A stretch of 64,000 nt of DNA, taken from positions 21,080,001 to 21,144,000 of the forward strand of contig JBHGNT010000002.1 of assembly GCA_043228905.1 (NCBI GenBank), read 5' to 3'. The stretch comes from Azolla caroliniana. Lineage: Eukaryota > Plantae > Polypodiophyta. The translations under genes were made by a program, and so were the position numbers. Below the pieces are notes generated by a model. The model was given only the letters and a program-made list of their open reading frames with translations. It was not told where the DNA came from and did not search any database. Below are positions 38,085 to 51,156 of this stretch, piece after piece (positions within the stretch are counted from its first letter, which is position 1; every line of letters begins with the position of its first letter).

Positions 38085-38121
38085 AATGCGACATATTAGC
38101 TGTTTCAAATGACCTGGTGTT
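38085..38121 (+). mobile_element. DNA transposon terminus downstream of the MTase gene
   Basis: AATGCGACATATTAGCTGTTTCAAATGACCTGGTGTT matches the terminus at 898-934 (AATGGGACATATTACCTGTTTCAAATGTCCTGGTGTT). Confidence 0.7.
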
Positions 38122-39069
38122 GCTAGGTTTATTGCAACTAAAATCACGATAATTGCTTGTAAATTGGCTTACCAATTTGTTGATGAGTTGTTTCATTTTT
38201 AAGGGTTACCAATAGATATTGTGAATGATCACGATTGAAAGTGTAGTAGTGACTTTTGGACGAAAATCCTTAAGAAGTTAGAAAGAACCTTGAGCATGAG
38301 ATCCACATATCATCTTCAATCAGATGCATAGAAGAAATGCATGAATAAAAATTTTAATGACATGCTTGGAGCATACATTCTTGCAAAGCGAACAAAATGG
38401 GAATGTTATCTCCCAACTTTTGTGTTTGCTTATAATAGCTCCAAGCATATATCAACGGGATCTAGTCCTTTTATATTTATGTATGTATTTGAGCCACATG
38501 CCCCTCTTGATACAAAACTTTCCAAGGGATATCCAAGATAATATTGCATATTTCTGGACATAATGTATAAAAACCTCAAGATACAATACGTTTTTATGCC
38601 AACTAGAATAGGCAACCCTGTGTATTCAGCCTTGGACATAATGTACTTCTATGTGTGCCTCAAGATTCAAAGACATTGTCTATGGGTCTATGCTAGTGTA
38701 ATCACCCAGTCTTTCTTGTAAGTCATTTAAAAGAACTTAATAATTTTGGCAATAATCTACTTAAAATCAAAATTTCCATTATGACCTTTAGTGTTATATT
38801 TATTACAAACATATGTGACGAGGACAATTTTGATCTCACCAAGCTTAGATTACAAATGTTGTTATAACTCTGTTATTGCTTATTCCACTTTGTACACTAG
38901 CAAATTTGCTTTAAACTTTGATCTTCCCCAACTTAGATTACAAATGATGTTATTACTCTCTGTTGTTAATTATTCCACTTTGTACAATACCTTATAATAT
39001 TCACCCCCTACAATTGTTTTTGCAACCTTGTCCCCTTCAACAATTAGTGATTTTGTGAGTATATTTGAT

Positions 39070-42000
39070 TCAAGCATAAATGGCATAAGGATTTGCATTC
39101 ATTCTCATTTCCATGTCAATGGGATGGTGAGGATCTGGTTTTCTATTCCTTCTGCATTGATTCACTTGGAACGATAAACATCTTAACAATATTATTCCAA
39201 CATACGACGCGACTATGACAATGAATAGACCCCCGTAACTATGGAGAGACATTTTTACTGTGTCAGGAGAATTTGTAATGCAGACTCCAGAACCGAGCCA
39301 CTTATCCTTGATCCTTTGAAGATCTCCGTTTTGTTGTAAAGATAGAATAGAAAGTGACATATCATTAGTTAAGGATGAGTTCTTTTGAAATGCCTGCAGG
39401 CGAGGGGGGAAATCCCTTAATAGACCACATCGATTGAAGAATATCCATATGGAAGTGGCAAGTTTAAATGCGATCAAGAATACTTACAAATGCAAATCCG
39501 CCAAAGTAGCCAATGTTCGAGTCAACGATCGTGTATTTGCATCCTAGGTTGGTAAGGAAGGTTGCCAAGTAAGGTGACTCATCAATAATTGCCGACACAT
39601 TACCTGACGTCAATGCATTGTCATAATCTTCTTGCGTAATCAAGTTCATGAGTCGTTCTGATGAAATGAAGAGGTTATTCTTCAAGTAATTTACTTCGAA
39701 TGAACCTTCTTGACATCCTATTTTTAGATGACTTTTTTGCAAGTCTGCGAAACTTCGAATGGTTGGACGTTGTTGTTGTTGTTGCGCTATTAATATAGAT
39801 GACAAGCTTGCTATATAGCTCGATGTAAATATGAGTACAAAAACTAGCCAAACTAGTGTGAATGCTCGACCTGAGTGGGTTTTGGCGTCATCCCCTGCGA
39901 AGCATTCCCTTTGTTTAGTAAAATGTGTCGAACATTTTCAAGGACAATATTAATATATGATATCTAAAAAATTTTGAACTTAGGTTTTCTTATATTCAAC
40001 AATATTTATCCACTCATCATGTATAATCTGAATGTGTACTTACTATGAGAGAAGAAGATGGCCATGGCTGTCAACCTGGCAAGATCAATAAATAATTGAT
40101 GGAATACAAATTAGAAACGATGTATTCTATTAGAATTTAGATAATAAAAACAAGACTATAGAGATGGGTTTTGAATAATGAGGATAATGTTTGGTTAAAA
40201 ACCAAACCATGGAATGAACATTTAACTAGCAAAGAGAAAGAGAGAGTTGTAATGCGTAGGTAATGCCACTACCCTTACTAACATAGATTTGATGAGGTAA
40301 TAGGTCATACCAAACCATTGGGAATGTTCATAGAACAATATAATCACATCTGTCACATTATTTACCATTCCACAAATCATATAGTTTCTGCTTCCTTTCA
40401 TTAAGACTTTCCAATTACCAACATTTTGGGAAGGACAAGTGAGACAATATGTTATTTAGGTACACAATTATATAATGAGTTCTAGGGGGGTTGTTAGGAA
40501 TATGTCCCTCCTATGGGAGGAACCAACTGGTCAGGCCGAGAGCCGACAATCGATGTCACAGAGAGCGGACAATTGAAGACAAGGACTTGCCAACTGGTCG
40601 GGCCGAGAGGCAACAATCGATGTCATAGAGAGTCAACAACAGACGATCCAAGTCGAAGACAAGACCGACTAGTCAGACCGACCGGAGGGTCGACGACAAG
40701 GCCGATTAGTCGGGCCAACTAGACAATCGACACTAGAGTCGACTACTCGATCAGTCAGTTGATTAACTGCGATTATTGTTAGTATAATAATAGAAGTGAG
40801 AGTAGTACTAAGGAACTATATTTGTAAATAACCCATAGGTGTATAAGTATAAATACACTTAGGGCAAAACATCGTGCGATGCATTGTAGAAAACAAAGAA
40901 TAGAATAGCTTAGAGTTCCTATAGATGTGTGTTACAGAGTGAAGAGTGAGTGTGATAGTGAGAGTAGTACTAAGGAACTATATTTGTAAATAACCCATAA
41001 TGTGTATAAGTATAAATACACTTAGAGAAAAACATAGTGTGATGCATTGTAGAATAGAAAGAATAGAATAGCGTAGAGTTCCTATAGATGTGTGTTACAG
41101 AGTTAAGAGTGCGTGCGTGATAGTGAGAGTAGCACCATAGTTGTGTGAGCTTAGTAACTGTGTGTTACAGAGTGAAGAGTGAGAGTGGCGCCATAGTTGT
41201 GTGAGCTTAGATGCCAAGAACCCTACATGGCGGATACACTCTATGTAGAGAGAGTGTTGTATACTATCTCCTTTGTATTCTCCATTGTATAGTGGATCTT
41301 TGTTCCCGTGGTTTGCCCCGTTTAGGGTTTCCACATTAAATTGTGTATTCTGTGCATTTGTTGTTTTTCTATTTCCGCATTATTGTGCATTTCACAATCA
41401 GATTTCCTCATAAATCTCCATGATCGAAGACCAACAAACTGGTATCAGAGCTGGAGGTGCAAGCATGGAAGCATGCGTGAGTGGCTTCCTAGGCATGATA
41501 GTTCTACACTTTTAGAACTTTGCAGATTGGAGGATAAAGATGGAAGTCCTTATCATAATCAAAGACCTATACGAGCCCATCGACAGAGCATAAATACCCC
41601 CGGGACTATTAGAGTTTGAATGGAAAGTTCTGAACAGAAAGGCGGTGGCCACCATCAGATAGTGTGTCGATGTGAGTTTCCTTCAACATGTGGTGAATGT
41701 CACAAATGCCTATGAGATGTGCCAGACCTTGTCAGGTCTATATGAGAGGAAGAATGTCATCAATGAAACATCTTTGATGAGAAAGATTGTGAGGTTGAAG
41801 TATAGGGAAAGGGAAAGCACAGTCGAGCATGTAAGCACATTCATGTGGTATGTAAACCAAATTGCAGCAACTAAGTTTCCCCTTGAGGATACAATGCAGG
41901 CCATTCTGTCATTGTGTAGACTACCGGACAGGTGGGAGAACCTGGTGGTTACTCTCAACACCTCATTTCAAGAAGAGAACTTGTCGCTACAAACGGTAAA

Positions 42001-45000
42001 GATAAGCCTCTTTAACAAGGAGACAAGAAGGAAGGACAAGGGTTTCAAATCTGACTCAACATACATGTAGAGGAAGAAATCGGCAAAGAAGTCCACAAAG
42101 AAGGGACAAGTCCTAAGCCAGATCCAAGTCCAAAAGCAAGCTAACATGCTTCTATTGTGGATAGCCTAGACACTTCCAAAAGGACTGTGAACACATGAGG
42201 AAGGACAAAGGTGTCCGTAATAATGTCGAACCCAGGAAGATTCCTGATGAAAAGGGCACATTGGCCGTAGATACAAGTGTTAAGGAGATCTTCTTCATTT
42301 GTGAACAGGCAAGCACAAATCTTGCAAGTGAAGAGTGTACGTGGGTAATCGACTCAGGTGGATCTTTCCACATAACTCCTACGAGAGTGTGTTTCTCGAC
42401 TTACATAGCTAGGAATCATGGCTATCTAAAGATGGGAGATAATGGGGAGTGCAAGATAGTGGACATAGGAAGTGTAAGCCTAATGATGTCGATAGATTAT
42501 CGATTTAATCTGAGGGAAGTTCTAGATGTCCCCGATATCAGATTGATTTGATATCGACTGGAAGGCTAGACGATGAAGGCTACAATGGTAGCTTTTGAAA
42601 CGGCAAGTGGAAGTTCTATCGAGGAAACCTCATAGTGGCCCGAGCACAAAAAGAGGGCACATTGTATATGATGCATGCCCGACTGTACAAGTCGAAAGTG
42701 AACTTGGTAGCCAACTCGAGTGGAGAGTTATGGCATAAGAGGCTAGACCATATGAGTTAGAAGGGAATGCATCTACTAGCTGACCAGGAACTTCTCCCGG
42801 AAGTGAAAGGAGTACACTTGGAGAAGTGTGTCGGCTGCTTAGTCGGAAAGTAGAATAGAGCAGCATTCTACTCAAGACCACCAAGAAGAGAAGTGCTCTT
42901 GGAACTAGTGCACACCAACGTGTGCTATGTAGAGGCTCCATCACATCGAGGCGGACAGTACTTCGTCACGTTCATCGATGACTACAGTCGAAAATTGTGG
43001 ACTTTAGTACTAAAATTGAAGGATCAAGTATTGTCGTTCTTCAAGGAGTACCAAGCAAGGGCAAAAAGAGAGTCAAGTCAGAAGTTGAAGGTGGTCCGAA
43101 CCGACAACAGTGGCGAATATAGAGGGCATTTCAAAGAATACTGCAAGGACCAAAGTATTCGAATCGAATACACAGTGCCAAAGAACCCAGCAATAAACAA
43201 GCTTACAAAGAGGATGAATCAGATGATAATGGAAAGAGTAAGGAGCATGATGTTGCATGCTATGCTGGCGAAAATGTACTGGACTGAGGCGATGTACACA
43301 ACTGTTTATTTGATCAATAGGTCTCCCTCAATACCATTGAAAGGTGATGTCCCACATTAGCCCAAAGTCTTTGCGAAGAAAGAGAAAGAGAACCTACTAT
43401 GTCAACTAAAGAAAATCTTGTATGGTTCAAAACAAGCTCCATGCCAATGTTATAAGAAGTTCGAGTCCTTCATGTTGGAATATAGGTTCCAGAAAACACA
43501 AGTTGATCACTATGTGTATGTAAAGAGGTATGATGAAGGTTACTTCTTAATTCTCTTATTATATGTGGATGACATCTTGAGAGTCGGACAAGACATGAAG
43601 AGGATCTTGAGCTAAAAGAAAGCTCTAGGCAAGTTGTTTGCAATAAAAGATCTTGGACCCGCTAAACAGATTTTAGGGATGCACATAGTTTGGGACAGAA
43701 CTAAGAAAGTGTTGTGGTTGTCACAAGAGAAGTATGTGACAAAGATCCTAGAAAGATTCAACATCTCGGAAGCAAAGCTAGTCGGCTCTATGTTACCGGC
43801 CAACTAAGTTGAATGTTAAGCAATGCCTAAGGGGTGAGAAAGAAAAGGTTGAGATGAGGAAAGTACGATATGCCTTAGCCGTCGGCAGTTTAATGTATGC
43901 TATGGTTTGTACGAGACCATACATAGCATTTGCTATGGGGACAATAAGCCGATATAGGAGTAATCTTGGAAGAGAACATTGGGCAACTGTTAAATAAATA
44001 CTCAAGTACTTGAAAGGCACCTTTGGGGTATGCCTAAGGTATGGTTGAAGGGTTTACCGACTTGGAAACATTGGGGGACACAAACTCAAGTTCATCCACT
44101 TCAGGGTACATGATGACTTATGCATGGGGAGTAATGTCATGGCAGTCACAACTTCAAAAAATATGTGGCCTTGTTGACCATAGAGGCAGAGTATATGGCA
44201 GCGGTAGAGGCCGGAAAAGAGCTGATCTGGATGAGAAATTTTCTCAGTGAGTTAGGAATGAAGCAAAGGGAGTCCTTGCTTCACTGTGATAGCCACAACC
44301 CCATACATCTAGCCAAGAACGCTATGTACCACTCCTGAACCAAGCACATATAGAGAAGGTATCACTGGTTACAGGAGAGAGTGGAAGATGGAGAGTTTAC
44401 TCTTGTGAAGATCCATACTGACTAAAATGGATCCGACATGCTCACGAAGAACCTATCGATGGACAAACTCAAAGTAAGTCGACAAAGGACAGGGCTAACT
44501 AACTCCACCCATAGGAGTGAAGGGGGAGTTTGTTAGGGATATGTCCCTCCTATGGGAGGAGCCGATAGTCGAAGACAAGGAGTAGCTGACTGGTCGGGCC
44601 GGGAGACAACAGTCGATGTCAAGGAGAGTCGACAACAGAGGATCCAAGTCGAAAACTAGACCGACTAGTCGAGCCGACCGGACTGTCAACGACAAGGCCG
44701 ATTAGTCGGGCGAACTGGACAGTCGACACTAGAGTCGACTAGTTGAATTGACTATTCAATCAATCGGTTGATTATTTTCTATTATTATTAGTATAATAAT
44801 AGAAGTAAGAGTAGTAGGAACAGAGTGAAGAGTGAGAGTGAGAGTGACGCCAAGACTCTGTGCAGAGAGAGTGTTTTATATTGTCTCCTTTGTATTCTCC
44901 ATTGTATAGTGGATCTCTATTCCCGTGGTTTTCCCTGTTTAGGACTTCCACGTAAAACTGTGTACTCTGTGCATTTCCTATTTTTTTGTTCCCGCATTAT

Positions 45001-47656
45001 TGTGCATTTCATAATCGGATTTCCTCACGAATCTCAGTAATCGAAGACCAACACGTTTGTAGTTGAAGATTTGGGCAAGCATACTATTCTATTGTCATTT
45101 ACTCAAGCAAAAGCTTTGTTGAACGGTAGATGCTCCTAACGGGACAAGGATCTTCAAAGATGAGATGAGGCAAGGCGTAGTATGTTAGTTAGGTACTCAA
45201 TTATATAATGCACACTAGTGAGGGCATAGTCTATAGTCCTTCAACACCCAAGTAACTCTCCGTCGAAGGTAACTAACTTGTAATTTTAGCTGCTTGATAT
45301 ATTTATTTTCCTAATATATTTATTGTTATGATGAACTCTACCCATGGTTCACGTCTCTAGATTTTTCTCTTCTTCAACAACACATTGTCTTCCTACATTC
45401 CTCATGATATCTATCCCCTTCATGTCTTTCAGTTTATGCTTGTAACTAATCTCCCAACCAACTATGGCTAGCAATCAATCGTAAGATTGTTGTCTAAATA
45501 GCTCCTGGAAAACAATCTAGAGCAATTGGGTAGCAGTTACTATGAAACCCTAAACCCTATTAGGTGAGGGTTACTTGAGAAACCTAGACATCTATCTTTG
45601 GGTTTGGGTTAACTTCATTTTGATATAAAGCGCGATATTACACATGTACTCCCAGCCCGGACCTCGTCCAATTCCATGTTCCTAAACCGTAAACCCTAGA
45701 CATCTATCTTCAAGTTTGGGTTGTCTTCTTTTTGCTATAAACACTACCTCGACAAACCCTCCACCTAAGAGAGTCTTGTATCCCTTGTCAATATCATAGT
45801 ACCTGCTATTGAAAGTTGTTCCGCACCTTGTCAATTGCCATCAATGCCATATTATGACTCGAATTTAACATATTTATTATCAATATATACAATTAAATAT
45901 TCGCATTCATATGTTGTGTGCGTTTAAATTACACACTAATATGAGGTGTTGAAAAATCTAGTTTGATACAAACAATATGATATGAGGTGATCATGAGTTC
46001 TTACCAAAACGATTTTGAGAAGGCCTTTCCCCAACCTCCATCGTGTTCATCAGCTCGGCCACACCATTCCACGAAGAAGATCAAAGACATTGTGACAATA
46101 AATAATGCTCCAATGGTTATCCAAAGTTGCCAAGAGAAAGGGGAAATGAATGTCCAGAATGAAATATTACTCCTAGATTGAAGTGGCGCGATCATTTGAA
46201 GACTTGATCCTATATATGGCTGGGTAAAGTCTACTAACTGTAACCGGTCACTAGTGATCGTCAAATCAGCAACTACTCCATCTACGTCCTATGACCATGC
46301 ATGCATATAGTGAAAACCAATACGAACGTATTACTGGAGCACAGAATTAATTAAAACCTTATTAATCCAACTTGTTGTATGCTATGTAAATATCATTATC
46401 AAGCAGTGGAAATTCAAAGCACCGTGTGCTTGGCATTCAAAGATAACGCAATATCTTCATCAAATAGGCTTCCGTATGTCAAAATCGGACAACTCCCTCT
46501 CCATACGAAGCGATTCTACTGCATACATTTTTGGCTCTTACTCCATACACTTGTACTTGATTGCACATGTATTTCTTTGAGTAAAAATTTCAATCTTTGG
46601 TATTAAATTTGCTCAAACTATTCCTTGGACCATTCTACACAAGGATTACTAACAAAGTTACTTTATCTCTTCGAAGTGAGCACATCGTACTCTCTTGAGA
46701 GTAGCTTTTCCATACAATACAACAAAACCAATTATTCACCGAATAAGCCTCTCATATTTGACTTATTTGGCGCTAAGAAATATAGATCTTGCACAATTAA
46801 TCAAATAGATCTTACAAGAATAACTAGAAAACATTACCTTGGCCAACCGATGCTTGAATAGTATATCATGGAATGTCAAAATAATTTTAGCGATGCTAAA
46901 AATTACTTTTAAAACACTCATATGTATTGGAGTTCAAACTCTTGTCCACTGGATCAAACCCTCAATTATAGATGGAATTATCAACAATTTGTTAGTGCCT
47001 ATGTCAATCTTTGAACGAGATTCCATGGTAAGGGGTATGATATTAGGACAATCTTAGTAATTTGTTACATATAATCTCGAGGTATTTTATGGACTTAGAT
47101 ATTAGTTTCTCCCTGTCTAGCCATGACATCCTACTTGAGGATTGCCACAATCCCTTATGTCTTTTCTATCATTAATGTGCACGTAGAAATTCTTGCTAAC
47201 ATAGATATAAACACATTATCGAGGTCCATTTATCATAAATGATTAACCTTAAGCGATTGATTTTTACGAAAATTAAGTGTCATTACTACAACAAAAACAA
47301 AAAAAAATTAGGTATAGCTAATGTAATACCTTAGAGACAAGCTTCTGCACAAGGTCATTATAGGTTGGGTCTACAAGGCCATCTCCATAGCCAATTAATG
47401 TGTAATTAATACGATAATTAAGCTTCTCAACGCATTCTTGAAACACATTGATGGCGAAGCCGGAGAAATTGACGACGGAGTTGGGCGTGACCGGTATCTC
47501 AGACGATTGCCAACTCACAAACTCCTCGAATCCAAGTTTGAGAGGAACAAGGATCTTCAAGTTGGAGGAATTGGTCGCGTGCGCAGTCGGAAATTCAGGG
47601 GAGAAGAAGATGGCAAGCACTAGGAGAGCCGTGATGAGGCCCATTGGAGCATACAT
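39070..47656 (-). CDS. GLR: Glutamate receptor-like channel, copy 2, lacking the amino-terminal domain (~457 aa). Exons 47656-47330, 46288-46005, 40075-40044, 39894-39488, 39393-39070
   Basis: Same exon sizes, splice sites and motifs as copy 1. The frame is open and M3 reads IFTSSYIASLSSIL. Confidence 0.93.
40492..45053 (+). mobile_element. Copia element in GLR copy 2 intron 2 (5' LTR 40492-41436, PBS 41440-41451, PPT, 3' LTR 44531-45053)
   Basis: Same insertion as 23745-27913 in the paralogous intron. PPT GAAGGGGGAG precedes TGTTAGG. Confidence 0.92.
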
Positions 47657-47722
47657 GGTCGGGGGATGAGAATGACGGCCCCAACGGGTGGCCAAGTGTG
47701 AACTGAGGGGGTGGAAGGGACG

Positions 47723-47807
47723 AGGGAGAGAGAGAGAGAGAGGGGTTTATATATGTAATAATGTATGTATACATACACATATACATAATATATATCATGT
47801 ATATGTA

Positions 47808-47840
<33 letters not shown>

Positions 47841-47843
47841 CAG
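47723..47843 (-). promoter_or_regulatory. Core promoter of GLR copy 2 (TATA 47753-47746, CT tract, TACATA microsatellite)
   Basis: Paralogous to the copy 1 promoter with slightly shorter microsatellites. Confidence 0.65.
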
Positions 47844-50800
47844 AATGAGCAAGTCATGGTCTATTGCTCAGAGAGGATCATCTGGAGAGAATCATGCATT
47901 TTGGTCAATCCTTCGCTGTAAGGATGGATTGATGTGTCGCTGCTAGAACCAGGAGATTCTGATTGAGCTCTCCTCGTTCGTAAGGTCATCTAAAGGGGAG
48001 ACCCACAGATCATGCCCTGCTCAATCGCCATTCAACTCATTGAAAAATTTAATCTGCACAGACTCATTATATTCAAACCTCTTTTTCAGGAAATTATGTA
48101 GAGAGGAATTCTTTTGAACATCATCTGTGCGCACTACCCTCTGTATCTGTGTTGACCTTGAGGAGATTCCTACCCAGCATATTCTTCGTATTTTTTTGTT
48201 CTTTTTGGGGGGGTATTGTATCGTCTCCCATGATCCATCCTTTTTCCATAACTTCAATAACAACATAACATACAATATGCAATTTTATTTGTCTAATCTA
48301 CGAAATCTAAATAACATAATTTGGATTAGGTTTTTTTTCCACATTTTTTATGGTTTTTTTTTTCATCATCTATCGTTTTGACCATATTTGCATTACTCTA
48401 CTTAAAATATATGGAAAATGAAGTATAAATCAAGCAAAATGTAATTTGCAGTATAATGAGATAAATGTCAAAGGCCTACTCTACTTAATCTATCATTCAT
48501 AAAGTAATGGAAAGCAACATTATCCGTAATATAGTTTAGGGGAGTACAACCCCTTTTATTTATAGTTCTTCATTTCCTTTTCTTGAAGTGTTCCTATTAC
48601 TCCTCCGTTAGTAGTTACCATTAAAATTTGAGCTACATATAGAACTAGATGGTGAGGAATGTCAAATGGAAATAAAATGACAAGTCGCAATGATGAAGAG
48701 CTTATGCCAATGTTTATATGTATATAAATTAATGCATTTATATTTCTATGATTGTATGCAAATGATTGTAAAAAATGTGCGTGTGTGATTGTTATATGCA
48801 TGTGTAAATGAATGAATGTATGCATTTGTATAAATTAATGATTGTATGTTTATATATGTACAAAGTACAATTGTATGTATGTTTATGATTTTATGCATGT
48901 ATTAAATGTTTCTATATGGCAAATGACTTCTCAAATTTGGCCTTTACATATTCTTTGTTCCCATATAACTTCATTGCTTCATAAAGTTACAAAGTATAGT
49001 GAAGCTTGGGGATGAAGTTTTGGAGAGGACATTCATGCCATCATCTAGACAACCTTCAACCTTCTTATTTCCATTACCGGGTATAGTAGTGCTCCAACTC
49101 AAAGCTTCTAAGGTGCATATTGTTGCACAATGCCAATGGTCCTCTCATATTTTCCAATGTAGTGTAGGCTAGGCTTGAAGCCTTGGAGATTTATGTCACG
49201 GCATTGTCCAAACTATTCCAAGGGATCTCGTTTTCACACATGTTCTTATCTTTAGCCTTATCATTGGGCACTTCACGATCAAATGATGCGAAGTTGTTCT
49301 ACACCACACTTACACCCTTGTTATAATCTTCATGTCCCAATGCATGGACCATTGTATTGACCACCTTCTTTCCTTTTATATTATCATCAAGCATTCTAAT
49401 TCACGAGAAAAATATATCCAATATCTCAAAGGTACTTGGGACTTCATTGTTAAATTGTAATGTAAGTGTGTATGGTAATGGACACATGCACATTATTCAG
49501 GCTATTTATAATTTCATATATATGTACTCATTACCACAATCATATACAAACATCCATATAATAATTTATTAATGAACACATTCATGCACGTACATTTATA
49601 CACTCGTACACATAGATACCTTACGTTTAACAATTCAATTATAAACTAGCATAAATATATTCAAACTAACATTTATACACAAGATTCTCATTCATACATA
49701 CACATTCAGTCACACACATATAGCATACATAAATTGATGCACACATTCATTCCTACAATCAATCATTCATGCACACACATACATACTAGAATTGTTTATG
49801 TACGTGTTTTAGGTATTATGGAACTTATGTTGGAGAAATTACCATCAACCATCCCAACACTTATATTCTCCATATAGTTGCACGATGGTATCGGGGTATA
49901 CAGATGAGGATATAATATCACACTTGGCTCTCTTACAAACGCTCGAGTATGATGACCTCCGTAAGTGCTTCTCTAATGCCATTGCAAACACAAACTAGGA
50001 GGACAACTCATGTACAACCACCATCACCAAAACCATCACCAAAACCAAGAACACGTATAGGCACCGTCAAGGGCACTTCCTACATTGTTATCATGTTGCA
50101 AATAATGCAATAAGGTTTGATTGAAAGATCCAACTAGACTGACTTGACAAGATGGAGGGTCTTGAAAGGTTTGTATGTCAAGAAACATTAGCCATATTTT
50201 AGTCCATAGTTTCTTGATTATCTTGCTTTATTTTGTTAGGACATACTAGAGATGTACCAAACGTCGTAACCAGCTTGACTTCTAGCATGGGCTGAAACCT
50301 ACAACTGGTGGGTTTACAAATACATCATCAACTTCCACACGATCACGCGTGACTCTAAAAATTGATTGTAATCTTGACAAGAGCCTTGATGGAATTTCTC
50401 TAGGACTTAGGGTTTTGTTTAAAAGAGTTAGATGACCTTGTGGAGTCATACGTCCCTCAAATAGAGAGACCCATTGAAAGAGTTCATAAAGGTTTTGACA
50501 TGCTCTCAATGTCATAACATGATCCTATAATTAACACGTTCGCGTTCAGAAGTGGAAGGATAGTGCATTCCATTTTTAGATTCTTTTTATAATTTTGCAA
50601 ATTTATGCAATATATAGAAACTTGTTACATTAGTATCACATGTTCGTCAACCCATATAGAATTTGCTAAATTATTAATAGTTAACAAGTTTTAAAGTAAA
50701 AAACATGTATTCTTTGAATATTTATAAAGTTGATGATCTCTGAATACAAAATTTATTTAAAATTAAGAATATGACAATTGCTTATTCAATTTAAATGCTA

Positions 50801-51156
50801 TATTATGTAATTTGCAAAGTTGGTTGAAATATTGAGAAAATCATGACCTCTAGACATAAAATGTAATTAAATTACAGGTTACGAACATGGTGTATACAAC
50901 ATTTGATAGCTATAGTTAGTGATTATGCATTATGCACTCTAATACTTAGTGAATGCGGCCCGATATAATACCTTACTCTAATGTTAGTAAGAAAGAAGAA
51001 AATCAAACATATGGACACTATGGACATAAAGTCCATGTGAAATATCATCTAGAGTTTTCCCAATACACACACATGAATGAGGACATCCATACACATGTAT
51101 CATATAGTGGATACACTTGGAGACTCATTATGGTCACACCCAAAAGTAAGGCTTAC

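Noticed and set aside
14472-38121. One giant TIR transposon that captured GLR copy 1
   Set aside because: The termini are in inverted orientation but their flanks (ACCAG / GCTAG) give no TSD, and the interval contains an independent recombinant junction at the Tcn1 element.
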